Source: a virus. From it: a stretch of 64,000 bases of DNA. Under the pieces are notes generated by a model. That model searched no databases. It worked only from the letters and a program-made list of their open reading frames with translations, and was not told where the DNA came from. The stretch is from positions 32,001 through 96,000 of IMG/VR virus record IMGVR_UViG_3300045988_169015, one strand, 5' to 3'. Of the stretch, positions 63,555 through 64,000 are shown piece by piece. Made by a program: the position numbers and the translations under genes. Each line of letters begins with the position of its first letter. Position 1 is the stretch's first letter.

Positions 63555-63680
63555 TAGACAACTGCAAAATCCCCGTTTTTGGCTTGCCTACGTTGTCCCA
63601 CTACTCGAAAAAGAGGGACAACGGGGTGTATTTTACAAGAAATTTTCGGTTAAAAATTCACTTTTCCTCGTAGTCACTTT

Positions 63681-63948
63681 TTGTTCATCACCCCTCACAA
63701 ACCGCCCCATCAAACCGCTCCGCACAGCCCCGACTCCACTCAAAAATCCCACCCAATCGCACTCAACCAGCTCCGATCCGCAAATCTCATTTTGTCCCTC
63801 TTTTTACGCCCAACAGCTCACACCTCTTTTCGTTACAATCCACAAACTCTCCCCACATTCCTTGTCACATTCTACAAAAAATTCACACTCAAAAAACTTC
63901 GTCACATTGCACAAAACGCAAAAAATCCCTTGCAATATCCAAAAATGC
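63681..63948 (+). other. G-depleted, C/A-rich non-coding tract
   Basis: About 270 nt of plus strand with very few G residues (runs such as CACCCCTCACAAACCGCCCCATCAAACCGCTCC). No ORF. Confidence 0.6.
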
Positions 63949-63977
63949 TTGACAAATCCAGTAAAAAAGCCTATAAT
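63949..63977 (+). promoter_or_regulatory. consensus plus-strand promoter pointing out of the window
   Basis: TTGACA (63949-63954), a 17-nt spacer, then TATAAT (63972-63977). Confidence 0.6.
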
Positions 63978-64000
63978 TAGAGTATTAAAACACATTAGAA

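Noticed and set aside
63080-63673. 197-aa plus-strand ORF
   Set aside because: It has no RBS and an odd composition. It runs across a mapped minus-strand promoter and non-coding repeats, so the region is better explained as regulatory or non-coding.

Overview
Gene-dense, almost entirely minus-strand segment of a large dsDNA phage or prophage from a low-GC Gram-positive (Clostridia-like) host. It has GGAGG-type RBSs, TTGACA-N17-TATAAT promoters and many 4-nt ATGA gene overlaps.

Left to right:
- Nucleotide metabolism and replication: anaerobic RNR (nrdD/nrdG), small Zn-ribbon ORFs, a macrodomain protein, a Pnkp-like kinase/phosphatase, a dNMP kinase, ThyX, an HD hydrolase, an N6-adenine MTase, ATP-dependent DNA ligase, an ERCC4 nuclease, Pol III alpha, a free-standing HNH-AP2 endonuclease, a Cas4/RecB-like exonuclease, primase, DnaB, an AAA ATPase and a gp2.5-like SSB.
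- A NAD module: NadE, a HAD hydrolase, a NAMPT-like and a Prs-like enzyme, and a nicotinamidase.
- A TnpB-only IS200/IS605 element.
- Six minus-strand tRNAs interleaved with ORF-free, stem-rich segments.
- An accessory island: a DGQHR/DndB-like protein, a MazF-like toxin, HicA, and a plus-strand CI-like repressor plus ImmA protease.
- A run of small early-type ORFs.
- The stand-out locus: a reverse transcriptase operon (RT 49463-50842 plus two unknown ORFs), followed on the same gene string by a tandem array of nine 118-138-nt covarying structured modules (46571-48153). I cannot match this arrangement to CRISPR, DGR, classical retron, integron or group II intron architecture.
- Right end: unknown ORFs, an M28-like peptidase, two Cys-rich paralogues, a 1.2-kb ORF-free structured region and a divergent promoter region with a G-poor tract.

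All functional calls rest on motifs read by eye from the translations. No database search was possible.
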